DNA from: Malassezia furfur
Taxonomy: Eukaryota
Strand: one strand, 5' to 3'
Assembly: GCA_052055015.1 (NCBI GenBank)
Contig: JBQJIT010000066.1
DNA: 36,764 bases
The position numbers and the translations under genes were made by a program. Positions 1 through 10,881 of the stretch are shown here, one piece after another. Every line of letters begins with the position of its first letter. Within the stretch, counting starts at the first letter, position 1. The notes under the pieces are model-generated. The model was not told where the DNA came from, did not search any database, and saw nothing but the letters and a program-made list of their open reading frames with translations.

Positions 1-184
1 CCCCCGCGTGCGCACGGTCTCTCCCCCCGCGCGCGTGTGCACGCCGCACGCCCCGGTTCCACGCCGCCGGCTGCAGCTGCCGTACACCACCGATGGGCCA
101 CGCACACCCTCGTCGTCGTCGCCGTTTCGCGGCGCCGTCCGCTCCCGACTGCACGGCCACACACCGCCGCGTACGCCGGGCGGA

Positions 185-1553
185 ATGTGGGACATACACA
201 TGCGCGCGACGCACGCGCTGTCCCCGCCATCGATCCTTGTGTCGCCCCCGGCGGCCGACATCGAGTCGATCCTCGCACACACGCGCCAGGATGGCCATGC
301 GCTGCACCGCCTGCCGATTCGGCACGAGTGGCAGTTTGCCTTTGTGGGTACGCTGCTCGCGCGCGACCAGGCGGCACTCGCCAAGCTCCAGTGGCAGCTC
401 GACCTGGCGTTTGCTGCGCTCGCATGTCCGCCAGCGCATGCCAGCATTCTTGAGCATCGCCCGCGCCTCGCCACACGCCTCGCGCAACAGACGGCGCACG
501 CCGTTGTGCACCTCCTCCGTCGCGCGTGGAAACCCAGCACGCCCGCCGAGTTTGCGTACAGCCCGCCAAGCTTTCGCGAGTCGTCCGCGACACGCGAGCC
601 GCTGGCGCCTGGCGCACTGGGCGCAGTGCACACCGCCTGGGCGCAGCACCTCTCGGGTGTACTCGGTGCCGAGATGGTCGACAAGATCGCCGCACACATT
701 ACCCAGGCTCTGTGGTATATGGCCACGCAGTACGTAGCCGCGCTGATCCCAGGGACCGACAGCGTACGTTTGCACGACCGGCGACCCTCGCCTACTTTTG
801 CGCCTCGTGCGTCGCACAGCTCGATCAGTGGGACTACCAAGAGGCCCGCGAAGGTGCGCGCCTCCTGCCGCATCGGCACACCACCCACGCCGCGTGCACC
901 ACGCCGGTCACAACGGCGACGGCGCTGCGCAACGCACTGGAAGACCAGCTTCGTGTGCGATTCAATGAGACAAGCGCCGCGATTGCCCGGGCTGCACGCT
1001 CCACTCACACGCTCCAGGTGCCCATGGCGAGTCCGGAGCGCGGGCGCACGCACACCACACGACCCAAACGCCCGGTGCTGCGCGACGCGGCGTTGGTCGA
1101 TGCGGCACGCTTCCTGGGTGAGCTGTGCTGCCAGCAGGTGATGGTCGATGCATCGCTCGTCGTCACCTGGCTCGATACGCTGCTCCTTGCGCCGCGCGCA
1201 TGGGTTCATGTGCCGCTGTGTGAGCTGGAAGCGGCGTGCGCGCTCCTTTTGCTCGTTGCTCCGCATTGGGACGCAACATGGCTCCTGGGCGGGTCGCCCG
1301 TTCGACACTGCTCGCTCACGACAATGGCATCACAACCGACGGAAACAAGTGATGTGTCCGAAGTGATGACGCGGTGCGTACAGCGATTGGAAGAGTTGGT
1401 CCAGTCCAGGCTCGTGCCGGAGGTCACGAAAGAATGGGTCAATGTACGTAATGGGCCCAATTAACTCCACAGGGCGTATTGCGTGCCGGACGACGTAGGT
1501 ACACTAAGACCCACCGGGGCCCAGGTGACTCACGACCCCTCCCAACATCCTAG
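185..1553 (+). CDS. Hypothetical protein with C-terminal MIF4G-like (HEAT) domain; introns 730-752 and 1444-1472; both ends uncertain
   Basis: A 23-nt GTACGT..CTGATCCCAG intron joins ORF 8..1141 in frame to ORF 526..1464. The second part has MIF4G-like motifs (LAYFCASCVAQL..LRNALEDQLRVRF..RFLGELCCQQVM..ELEAACALLLLVAPHWD..CVQRLEEL). A second intron GTACGT..TTAACTCCACAG extends the frame to TAG 1551-1553. The start may lie upstream of ATG 185. Confidence 0.55.
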
Positions 1554-1672
1554 CGCGGCCCCTCACACCTTCGTTGCAGGTTCTCAGGCGCCCGCGGCCA
1601 GGCCTCCTCGCTCAGCATTCATGCTATACCCAGGTTATATACACAAGCCGACCTAGCACCTTCAACCAGTTC

Positions 1673-1770
1673 TCCTAGTTAGTACAACGGTTAGTATATG
1701 TCGCTCTCATAAGATCACACTTGATCTGTGAAGCGCCGACAAGACCCGGGTTCGACTCCCGGATTGGGAA
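1673..1770 (+). tRNA. tRNA-Glu (anticodon CTC) with 26-nt intron 1710-1735
   Basis: Acceptor stem TCCTAGT/ATTGGGA; D arm GTAC..GTAT; anticodon stem TGTCG/CGACA with CT-CTC-A (anticodon 1706-1708); intron at the canonical 37/38 position containing an AGATCA/TGATCT hairpin; T arm CCGGG-TTCGACT-CCCGG; oligo-T Pol III terminator just downstream. Confidence 0.93.
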
Positions 1771-1872
1771 CACATTTTTTGCAATTTTTATTTTTTGGAT
1801 CCAAACCCCGCGTCGATCTGGTACGATCGGGGCACGATCGGGTTTGGCGACACTGCGCACGGCACAACGGTC

Positions 1873-3368
1873 ATGTTGGCCTGGTTGACCCGGCTGTTTG
1901 AACGGCTGCATCTCAATCGAAATGGTATCTTTGGAGTTGGCTTTGTGAGTGGACTCGTCGTTGGGCTCGGGTCCCTTGCTTTTGCGAAACTACACAAGGT
2001 CCTCCTCAACACGGTGTGGAACCCGCGTCTTCCGAAGCGCTGGAGTGCGCGGCGTGTGGGGTACGAAGCACCGGAGCACTTTGAGCCTGTGGAACTGCGC
2101 AGGAGCGGTAAAATTGTCGATGGAATCGCCGGGATGATCGGTATGTGCCAATACTCATACAGGGAATACGCCTCTGATGCGCATCAATAGTTTGTCGGAG
2201 CTAACGGGCTGCGAAATTCTGGGCAAGGCCGAATTCCTCAATCCCGGCGGCAGTCCAAAAGACCGCGTCGCCCTCGAAATCATTAAACAAGCGGAAGAGC
2301 GTGGTGAGCTCGTGCCCAATGTCGGCTCATGGATCTTTGAAGGAACCGTCGGGTCTACTGGGATCTCGATCGCGACACTGGCGCGCGCCAAGGGCTACAA
2401 CTGCTGCATCGTACGCATTCTATCTCACACAGATTGTCCCAGACGATGTTGCCGAAGAAAAGGCACAGCTGCTCCGGCGCCTGGGCGCCAAAGTTGAAGC
2501 CGTGCGGCCCCGGGGGATTGTGGATCCGCGCCATGTACGTCGCCTGCTGACACCCCAGTTTGTCAACGAAGCCCGCGCTCGCGCCAAAGCGTGGACACCC
2601 AACGCCTACGAACCGTATGCTCGTGCCTTCTTTGCGGACCAGTTCGAGACTGAGGCCAACTTTTATGCACATTATCACCACACGGGACCGGAAATCTGGG
2701 AGCAGACGAACGGGAACTTGGACGCCTTCGTTTCGGGGGCCGGTACAGGCGGTACGATTGCAGGCGTCGCTGCGTACATCAAGCGCAAAGCAAACGAACA
2801 AGAAAACGGCAAGGATCCACTAGTGATTATCGCCGACCCTCCGGGTTCAGGTGTGTACAACCGGGTCAAGTACGGCGTGCTGTACAACTCGACCGAGGCC
2901 GAAGGGACGCGCCGGCGGCACCAGGTGGACAGCGTCGTGGAGGGCATTGGTCTGAACCGCCTGACGCACAACCTAGAGATGGGCCTCCCTTACATCAACA
3001 ATGCCGTGCGCGTCACGGACGATGAGGCAGTGCGGATGTCGCGCTACATCGCATCGCACGACGGTCTTTTCCTCGGCTCTTCCTCGGCAGTCCACTGTGT
3101 CGCAGCCGTACGTGTCGCATTGCAGCTCAAGGCGGAGCGCCTCGAGGCGTCCGGCAAAGAGGCGGAGCAGACGTCGCCGAACGGAGTCCCCGATCTCCCG
3201 GCGATGCAGACCGAGGACCGCCCGGTGGTCGTCACGGTCCTGTGCGACTCCGGTTCTCGCCACTTGTCCAAATTCCAAAATGACGAGGCCATGGAGAAGC
3301 GCGGTCTGCCCGTATCCGATGACATATCCGATATCCTTGGGGCTAGTATCGCGCCCCACCCTATCTAG
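1873..3368 (+). CDS. Cysteine synthase-like PLP enzyme with N-terminal membrane anchor (yeast YGR012W/MCY1-like); introns 2141-2162, 2411-2432, 2535-2558
   Basis: Splicing restores IGNTPLMRIN, KAEFLNPGGSPKDR (PLP lysine), EGTVGSTGIS, CCIIVPDD, DPRHFVNEAR, GAGTGGT, EGIG and LCDSGSRHLSKF. Hydrophobic N-terminal segment GIFGVGFVSGLVVGLGSLAFA. Confidence 0.9.
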
Positions 3369-4554
3369 TTACACCATAAGACTGAAGAATGCGTGTCTGC
3401 AATTCGGCTTTGCGCGCCAGCAGTTCTCGGTGCTCTTCGAGTCGTTCCTCCAAGACGACAATCGCCTCTTCTAGCACAGCAAGCTCGCTCAGAACACCCG
3501 ACTTGTTCTCGGCATCCATAGGTTCTTCGTCCTTGTTGTCGGTCCCGCGATTGCGGAGCTTTGGAAGCGCATTGCTCAGCATATCGTAGCCTTTGCGAAT
3601 GTTCGCCCGGCGTTTCTGTTCCGAGGCAATATGGTTTGCTTTTTTTTCTTGTTCGCTCAAGAGGCCATTGGGGTTGGACCGGCGCTTGGCCGCGCGAAAC
3701 TCGCGCAGTTCGGCCAAGGCCTCCGGATCGCCATTGTCGATGCGTTGCTGCAAATTCCGTTTGCGTGTACGTAGTTCATTCAAATGCGGCTGGTCCTTGG
3801 TGTCTGGTAGTGCGAAAAAGCGATGCAGTTCACGGGGAATAGTCCGCATCACTGTGTTGATGTCCATTTTCATGTCCGCCGTGCCGTTCACATTGTACTT
3901 GGGTGGCGTGTTCGACCCGGGCCTGTCATCGTAGCTTGCTGGGCGTCGGAGCGGAATGGCAGGCGGCGTTGGAGACGTGCTTCTTCGTGCATTCATAGCT
4001 TCCAACGGTATTGGACCAGGCATCTGTACAGGTGAGTGTGAATATGGATTCATGCCGTATCGTGGCAGCGGGCGCATGCTGGGGCCGGGCAGTGCCTGCC
4101 CGGCATTGGTGTGCCGCAGCTGCTCAGAATGAAGAAAAGAAATTTGTTCGGATCGCCAGCTGGGGTCTTTCCCATACGGCGAAGCCTTATTGCTCCACAG
4201 GTTCTTGGGCAGCGACCGACCCAGCGGAGGCAGCGTGGAGGTGCTCATCGCGCGGAGGAGGGAGTGGGAGCCGTGGCGGGGCCGCGGTCGTAGCAGCGGC
4301 AACGCGTCCTTGCACAGCTGAGACGAGATCAGGTATGGAAGAGGCGATTCGAATTGCGGGTGAGACTGGATATTGTATTGGTCCATGTGCGACGTCCAGT
4401 GCATCCGCAACTTCTCAAGCGCGGGAGCCGCCATGGATGGTGACGGCTCGCGTGAGCCGCGCGGTATTGCGGGATGCAGATTGGGTTCTGGTATATGACT
4501 GTGCCTGTTTGAATTCCCGGGCTCGCCTGACGACGATCCCGCGTTGGGAGACAT
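3361..4554 (-). CDS. bHLH(-zip) transcription factor, Ino4/Mlx-like C-terminal bHLH
   Basis: LLSEQEKKANHIASEQKRRANIRKGYDML..SELAVLEEAIVVLEERLEEHRELL; long Pro/Ser-rich N-terminus; first in-frame ATG at 4554. Confidence 0.85.
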   Translation of the reverse strand: MSPNAGSSSGEPGNSNRHSHIPEPNLHPAIPRGSREPSPSMAAPALEKLRMHWTSHMDQYNIQSHPQFESPLPYLISSQLCKDALPLLRPRPRHGSHSLLRAMSTSTLPPLGRSLPKNLWSNKASPYGKDPSWRSEQISFLHSEQLRHTNAGQALPGPSMRPLPRYGMNPYSHSPVQMPGPIPLEAMNARRSTSPTPPAIPLRRPASYDDRPGSNTPPKYNVNGTADMKMDINTVMRTIPRELHRFFALPDTKDQPHLNELRTRKRNLQQRIDNGDPEALAELREFRAAKRRSNPNGLLSEQEKKANHIASEQKRRANIRKGYDMLSNALPKLRNRGTDNKDEEPMDAENKSGVLSELAVLEEAIVVLEERLEEHRELLARKAELQTRILQSYGVTR

Positions 4555-4654
4555 GCTCACACGGCTCCCACTGGCGCCAAACACGTTGCCTCCGTCGTCC
4601 AAGGTCGTTCGCAAAGTGCGGGGGTTGGATGACTAATCAAAGACTACCGCTACA

Positions 4655-6681
4655 CTAACACCCGTCTTTGTATTTGTTTTTAGGCCATTGGTTGGTCTGG
4701 CCATCCGTCTTTCCTTGCTCAAACTGAGTCAAGTTGTTGTTCATGTAGAGATCCAGATGACGGTTGATGTAATCGGTCGTAGGGTGGTCTGGCGGATTGC
4801 AGGATTTGCGCGAATCCGGCACGCCGTCGCGCTGATAGACACGCTGAATGAGATTTCATAAACATACCACATAGTCAACCTTCATTGTCGCCGGGAAGCT
4901 GACGCCCTTGGTTTTCCCACCATCCCAGTCTGCGTGAGTAAGATGTAATGCCACATACTGACGTATTGGAAACCACTTGCGATTCCCAAATTGACGATAA
5001 TGCTCATAGGCTCTTCAGAGAAAATGCGTCGTGAAATCATGGCCTTGGAATCAGAGCCCAGCACCCCGGATGTAATCGTCCATGATGGTTTGCCATTGGC
5101 ATAAAAAGTGATGTATCCACTGCCATCACCATCCCAATCAGGCTCGTACTCAACACCCAACACAGTGTACGTCGCATCGTCGCCCGCGTTCTCGAAGGCG
5201 GTATCGTCGATGCGCGTTACAGACGACAGCGCCTCTTGCGTGGTACCACCGGACCACGAATTTGTGCTGGTGATATCCGTATCGTAAATATGGAAGCCGC
5301 TCTTGTTTGACTTCCAATCATAACCATCGTCGAAAGGAGCAACTTGGTACGATTGCGACGCATATGACCCTTTGTTTTGTGTATCGACTTGCAACTCGCA
5401 AATATCGATTTCAGGGGCGGTGCGCGCCACGCCATTGTTCGGACCAGGGTGGTCTTCACCCTTGCACGTGCACGAAGGATAGCGCATGCCGGGCAGTTTC
5501 GACAGCTGTTTACCCTTGTTGCCATGCAGTGCAGCATAAGGACCACGGCCATCCGCGAAAGTTTGGTTCGGCATGACACCCACATCGCACGCATCGTAGA
5601 CATAAGGCCACATACCATCAGCGGACGCCAAGTAGCCTGGACGACCAAGGTTGCCCATCAGCCAGAAGCCAGGCCAGTAACCCTGGGTTTGAGGACCGCC
5701 CGGGAATTGGAAGGAGGCTTCAATGTAGCCGCCCTGGAAACAAAACTTGTTCCAGGACTGAAGCATGCCGGATCGGAAGTACTGACCACGCTCAATTTCT
5801 TCTTCGAGCGTGATCTGAAGCACGCCATTTCCTTTTGCGTCCGTGGTGGTGTTGACGCCTTCGGGTGTGTACCATTCGAAATCGAACGTCGCACCATACC
5901 AAATATTGACGGCCTCCCAGTACGGGTCGTCGCCCTCCCAAAACGTGCGACCCGGCGTGTTAAATTCATCAGAAAAAACAAGGTTATACTTGCTTCCGTC
6001 CTGGTTGCCCGTCCGCGTCCTGCTCTCCTGCGGCGTGTCAGGGTCAATCAAGGGCCGCACGGGGATGGGGTCGACTTTGGCGTTAGATTGGAGCACTGAG
6101 TTGACGTCCACTTTTCCAAAGAGGTGGTCAAAGTGCGCAACGAGGGGGTATCCGAGGAAAAGCATAACGATGGCACACACAATCACCACGAGTGTCAACA
6201 CATTGATGCACCCGCGCCAAGTGGGGTACCTCGCATGAGCATTGGGGTTTTTATCCGGAATGTGCAGGTAGTCATCTGGCTCTGCTTGCATGGGATGCAG
6301 CACGATGGTGCCTTTCCGGGGCATGGCGCTCTGGCGCACACTGTATGGACGCGGGCGTTTCCGCGTCTCGGCATCGGGCGTGAGCGTGCCGTGGGACGTG
6401 GGCGATGCGCTGTTACCTGTCGCAAAGGATTGGTCCGGAATGGTCAGTGTAGGCGTGTTGCGGCTCCGCTGGCGGCTCAACTTCGAGGTCGGGGTCGACG
6501 CCATGGTGCTCGGAGGCACCTGCGGCCGCAGCGGCTCAGGGGAACCTTGAGATGCACCGCGCATATAGGCCCCTCGGTGGCTATTGTACGGCGAGGGCTG
6601 CACGTCGATAGCTAGCTCTTGGTTACGCCGGTCGCGCGAACGCCCGGGCGTTGAGGGCACAGCTCGGTAGTCGCGCACCAT
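4655..6681 (-). CDS. KRE6: Beta-1,6-glucan synthesis-associated protein KRE6/SKN1 (GH16); introns 4930-4958 and 4844-4867
   Basis: Type II TM segment, LVFSDEFN, SGMLQSWNKFCFQGG, WPGFWLMGNLGRPGY, APEIDICE. Splicing two short introns yields FPATMKVDYVRVYQ..CNPPDHPTTDYINRH..WPKNKYKDGC-stop (TAG 4655-4657). Confidence 0.92.
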
Positions 6682-6959
6682 CGCCCCTTGAATACTTGGC
6701 CCTGGCCGTGTTTGTCAAGAAAGCGCGGCGCGCGCTGCAACCCCGGCGACATGTGCCCGGGCAAGCGCTGATTGGCCCCGAGGTGTTGGATCCCGTGAGC
6801 CTTAGCTGACTCAGCAACCGGGGACCCAGACTGCCACACCGCCCTGCGCACGGACGCAGCGCCGAAGCTCGCCCGAAGCGACATGGAGCAACCAAAGGCA
6901 TTCTAGAACTACATTAGGGAAATTGTACATATTCACAACAGGAAGGGAAGGCAGTCGTA

Positions 6960-9078
6960 TCAGATCAAGGCCCCCACGACAGGACCGTCATGGTGAGTCA
7001 AGTGAGGACGCGACAGAGAGCTCGTCAGTTGATCCTCTTCGGTATCCTCTCCATGGGCCACCGACGTCGAGAGATCGGAGATGAGCGACTCATTGGGCGT
7101 CGCGACCGAGTCCATGTCCGAGAACATTTGTGATAGGCCCATACTCATGGATGTCGAAATAGGGGCCAGAGGCACCACACGGTGGGGATCTGTGACAGGG
7201 GTTTCACTCGAGGCTCGCGTATACAAATGCGTTCCTGCGTGGTCCTTGGCACTGGCTTCGAGTGCGGCCGAGTCGGTGAGGTAGCGCCCTTTTCCGCCTT
7301 GGATGAACGACTGCGGTGTACGGAAGTACACCGAGGCTAGGCTGTTTCCTTGCAGCAAAAGCTGGTCGAGAAGTTTGCGGTCCATGCGGTCATTGTGGGT
7401 GTCGACGACGGGGAGGCTGGCAAGAATCACCCTCCGAGCCTTTTCCGCATCTGACGATAGCAGGCGCCAATACATGTAGCCTCGATCGCGGCAGTCGGGG
7501 TGGGTCACATCTTGCGTGGCCCACTTCAGGACCTTGGGCACAAGAGAACTGCCGGCCGTGGGCCGTTTCAAAAATAGTTTCATCGTGGCAGTGAGGAGCG
7601 CCAGTTGGACTTCGACGGGCTCATCCAAGAATGTATAGAGAAAGTCTTCCAGCAGCTCCTCGCTGTTCCCTATCCGGTCGGCGTACTGCCCCAGGATCCA
7701 AATCATGGCCACTTTGGCCTGCGGTTCATTGAGTTCGCCGAGGTGGGTGCATAGTACATGAAGAAGGTCCATGTACTGGTCCGTGTACTTGCGGAACAAA
7801 TCCTTGGCCACGATAATCACCTCCTGAACCACATAGTTGGCACCCGTCTTGCCCAGGTTGGTCAGTGCATCCACGTAGGCGTCGACCGAGCTTTCTAGGC
7901 GCAACGCGATCCGTCCGATGCTGTTCACCGCTTTGCGCGCAAAATCCACGTCGTTGTCGGCCACGTAGTCGCACAGCTCTGGCAATACCTGCATGGCATT
8001 GCCCTCGTTGACCAAGCGGCAAATGATCTCCAATTTGGTCAGCTTGACATAGACGGGGTCTTTGTGTTTTCGGTAAAAAAGCTTCACATCGTGATACAAC
8101 ACCAGCGGCCTCCGCTGGATCACCAGCAGGATGTTCCGCAGACCCACATACTGGATCTGTGGAGGCGCCGACAGCAGTGTGACCAGCGCCGTGCTCATTT
8201 TGCGACAAAGCAGCGCGCGAAATTCCGCACTGGCAATGTAGTTCAGCAGGTACATGATGACCTTGACCGAGGTCAGAATCACCGAGGCACTGGTCTGCTG
8301 TAGTCGAACACTGACTGCCTCCGCAATGATCTCAGCCTGATGGCTCGTGTTCGGCACGTAAAAGAGGAGCATTTCGAGAATGTACGTCTGGCCCCACTCA
8401 GAGCACTGGCCCAAGATCGACACGAGCTTCTCGGCAATGGACACGTTGATCCGCAGCTGAATCTTTTCGCTGCGCTCGACAATGTCGTACAAGGCAACGA
8501 CTGCATTTGAGACCACCTTGACGTTCTCGTCCAAAAGCATGCTTTTCAGTACATCGACGTATCCGTGCGTTTCGATCAATGTTGGGTCAAATGTATGCAT
8601 TTTTGCGATACACATCACCGCCGTTTTCCGCACACTGGCATCCTTGTCATGGATGGCATGGTTTAGGGGCCGTGCGAGTGCGTCAAAAACCAGGGGGCTC
8701 TGCAGATACGACATGGACCGCAGTGCCAAAGCGCGTACTAGCGGGTTGGGATCGATGCAGTCGCGTAAGAAGCCCTTGATGCATAACGGGAGCAGATCCT
8801 TGTTCGAGTTTCCGTAGTTGATAATGTAAAGGTCTGCGTGAGGTGCAATACGTACAAACCATCTTCTTCACGTCAATCGCGGCAATGTCCATGCACTCGA
8901 CCACCTCGGGAAACAGCTCCTGCATATCGTTGCCCATCGTCGCATTGGCAATGATGCGTTTGAGCGTCGCGCGTCTTCGCGCCAAACTCTTTCCTTTCTT
9001 ATCCGCGGTCAGCTCATTACGCAAGTCTTCCACCGTAGAAAACTGGAAGAACTTGTCGTCGTGCCCCACGTCCGCCAT
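6960..9078 (-). CDS. APL1: Adaptor complex beta subunit, most like fungal AP-2 beta; intron 8834-8855; no C-terminal appendage
   Basis: Adaptin_N motifs LKRIIANATMGNDM..LFPEVV..KKMVYLYIINY (restored by a 22-nt intron), ALRSMSYL, VRKTAVMCIAK, DVDFARKAVNSIGRIA, DRGYMYWRLL. The N-terminus DDKFFQ..VEDLRNEL resembles fungal beta-2 more than beta-1 (from memory). Confidence 0.85.
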
Positions 9079-9146
9079 GTTGGTCGGTGCGCGTGGAGGA
9101 GTCTCGCGTTGTATCACGTGGACGAAAAATTTCGCCAGCCGCTACG
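9079..9146. promoter_or_regulatory. 68-bp bidirectional promoter APL1/UTP15 with CACGTG (9115-9120) and RRPE-like GAAAAATTTC (9124-9133)
   Basis: Divergent ATGs at 9078 (-) and 9147 (+). The RRPE-like element precedes a ribosome-biogenesis gene. Confidence 0.6.
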
Positions 9147-10799
9147 ATGGAGTATCAGCCGCTGCGTGCGCCGGCGACGGCTGCGCCTTCGGCTGCGCTG
9201 CAGCAGCCGAACGAATCAATGTACTGGCGGAAACAGTTCCAGTCTCCCATCTTCCTGAAGGAGTTTGCGCCCATCACCTGCATTAGTTTTGTGCCCACGC
9301 CCAGCAACATTGGCGAGGGCGAAGAAGGACCCAGCACCGGCTCGCGCAGCCGCTTTGCCGTAACCACTGGCACGCGCGTCCAGATCTACAGCATGCGCAC
9401 ATCGCGTGTCGTGAAGACGATCACACGGTTCAAGGATGTGGCACGCAGTGCGCATTTCCGCTCGGATGCGCGTCTGTTGGTCGCAGGTGAGGACAACGGC
9501 ACGGTACAGATCTTCGACACCAACTCGCGCACTATTCTGCGTGCATTTTCAGGCCACCAGCTCCCGGTGCATGTGTCAAAATTCTCGCCTAATCCCACGC
9601 AGGTGCTCACTGCGTCGGACGACCGCACCGTGCGAATTTGGGACGTGCCGGGTCAAAGTCAGCTGCGCTCCTTCGAGGGGAGCCAGGACTATGTGCGCGC
9701 CGCGACCGTGTCCCCGGACAACCACAATCTCATCCTTTCTGGATCGTACGACAGCACTGTGCGATTGTGGGATGTGCGCATGGCTGAGCGCGGCGGCGAA
9801 GCGATGCAGATGGACCATGGCGCGCCGGTGGAAGACGTACTGATATACCCCACAGGCGGCGGCGGCATTGCGGTCAGCGCTGGAGGCCCCGTTGTGCGCG
9901 TGTGGGACTTGCTCTCCGGCGGGCGGTGCACGCATGCCATCTCGAACCACCAAAAGACGGTCACCAGTCTGGCGCTTTCGGTGGAGTCCGGCGCCGGGTT
10001 TACCTCGTCGAGCGAGAGCAGCGGCGGCATGCGCCTAATGAGTGGCGGTCTTGACCACCTCGTCAAGGTCTATGACCCTGCCCAGGACTACCGCGTGACG
10101 CATACGATGCGGTACCCTGCGCCGATCCTCAGCCTGGCGGTTGCTCCGGTCGAGAGCCACATCGCCACTGGTATGGCAGACGGCACACTCTGCATCCGCA
10201 AACGCGAGCTCAAGGCGTCGGAGCTGCAGAGCCGTGAGCGTCGGCGCGACGCATTCCGCTCGGGCGCCTACGAACACTTTTTCGATACCAGCGCGGCGCC
10301 GGGCCGTGCGAGTGCGCCGACGGGTGCCGACGAGCTAGCGGCAGAGTCGCGGCGCAAGCAGCGGCTCAAGCGTTACGACCAGCTGCTCAAAGCCTTCCGG
10401 TACCGCGATGCGCTCGATGCGAGTCTGCAGCATGGCGTGCCAGCGAGCGTGACGTTTGCATTGCTCATGGAGCTGATTCGGCGGTCGCCCAGTGGACAGG
10501 CAGACGGTCTTCGGCGCGCGATCTCGGGGCGTGACGACGTCACGCTCGAGCCATTGCTGCGCTTCCTGCTTCGTCATGCGACGAACCCGCAGTATACCAA
10601 TTTGGTGTGCGATACGCTTAACACCGTCATCGACACCTACGCGTCGGTGCTTGGCCAGTCACCCATCATTGACGACCTCTTCGGGCGTATTTGGGCTAAG
10701 CTTGCAGAGGAGATGCGGCTGCAGAACCAGCTTGTGCAGGTCAACGGGGCGCTAGAGATGATCCTCGCACGCTCTGCCCTGGGTGCTGCCTCGACATAG
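9147..10799 (+). CDS. UTP15: U3 snoRNA-associated WD40 protein UTP15
   Basis: FAVTTGTRVQIYS..KTITRFKDVARSAHFRSD, WD repeats, DHGAPVEDVL, NHQKTVTSL, and C-terminal UTP15 domain (YDQLLKAFRYRDALD..ISGRDDVTLEPLLRFL). Confidence 0.92.
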   Translation: MEYQPLRAPATAAPSAALQQPNESMYWRKQFQSPIFLKEFAPITCISFVPTPSNIGEGEEGPSTGSRSRFAVTTGTRVQIYSMRTSRVVKTITRFKDVARSAHFRSDARLLVAGEDNGTVQIFDTNSRTILRAFSGHQLPVHVSKFSPNPTQVLTASDDRTVRIWDVPGQSQLRSFEGSQDYVRAATVSPDNHNLILSGSYDSTVRLWDVRMAERGGEAMQMDHGAPVEDVLIYPTGGGGIAVSAGGPVVRVWDLLSGGRCTHAISNHQKTVTSLALSVESGAGFTSSSESSGGMRLMSGGLDHLVKVYDPAQDYRVTHTMRYPAPILSLAVAPVESHIATGMADGTLCIRKRELKASELQSRERRRDAFRSGAYEHFFDTSAAPGRASAPTGADELAAESRRKQRLKRYDQLLKAFRYRDALDASLQHGVPASVTFALLMELIRRSPSGQADGLRRAISGRDDVTLEPLLRFLLRHATNPQYTNLVCDTLNTVIDTYASVLGQSPIIDDLFGRIWAKLAEEMRLQNQLVQVNGALEMILARSALGAAST

Positions 10800-10881
10800 A
10801 TTCCTCGAAAAAAAAAGGGTTAAACTCGGGCGCTTTGTGGAGGCGTAGGTGCAAGGCGCTTTATTCGAGCGATCGTCCGCG

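Noticed and set aside
2141..2432. Apparent frameshifts or pseudogenisation in cysteine synthase (also KRE6, APL1, OPT, TRM1, phosphatase)
   Set aside because: Each frame break or premature stop is explained exactly by a GT-AG intron that restores conserved residues.
3400..9000. Visibly lower-GC segment as possible horizontal transfer
   Set aside because: Contains ordinary fungal genes, two of them with host-type tiny introns; no mobility genes or boundary repeats.
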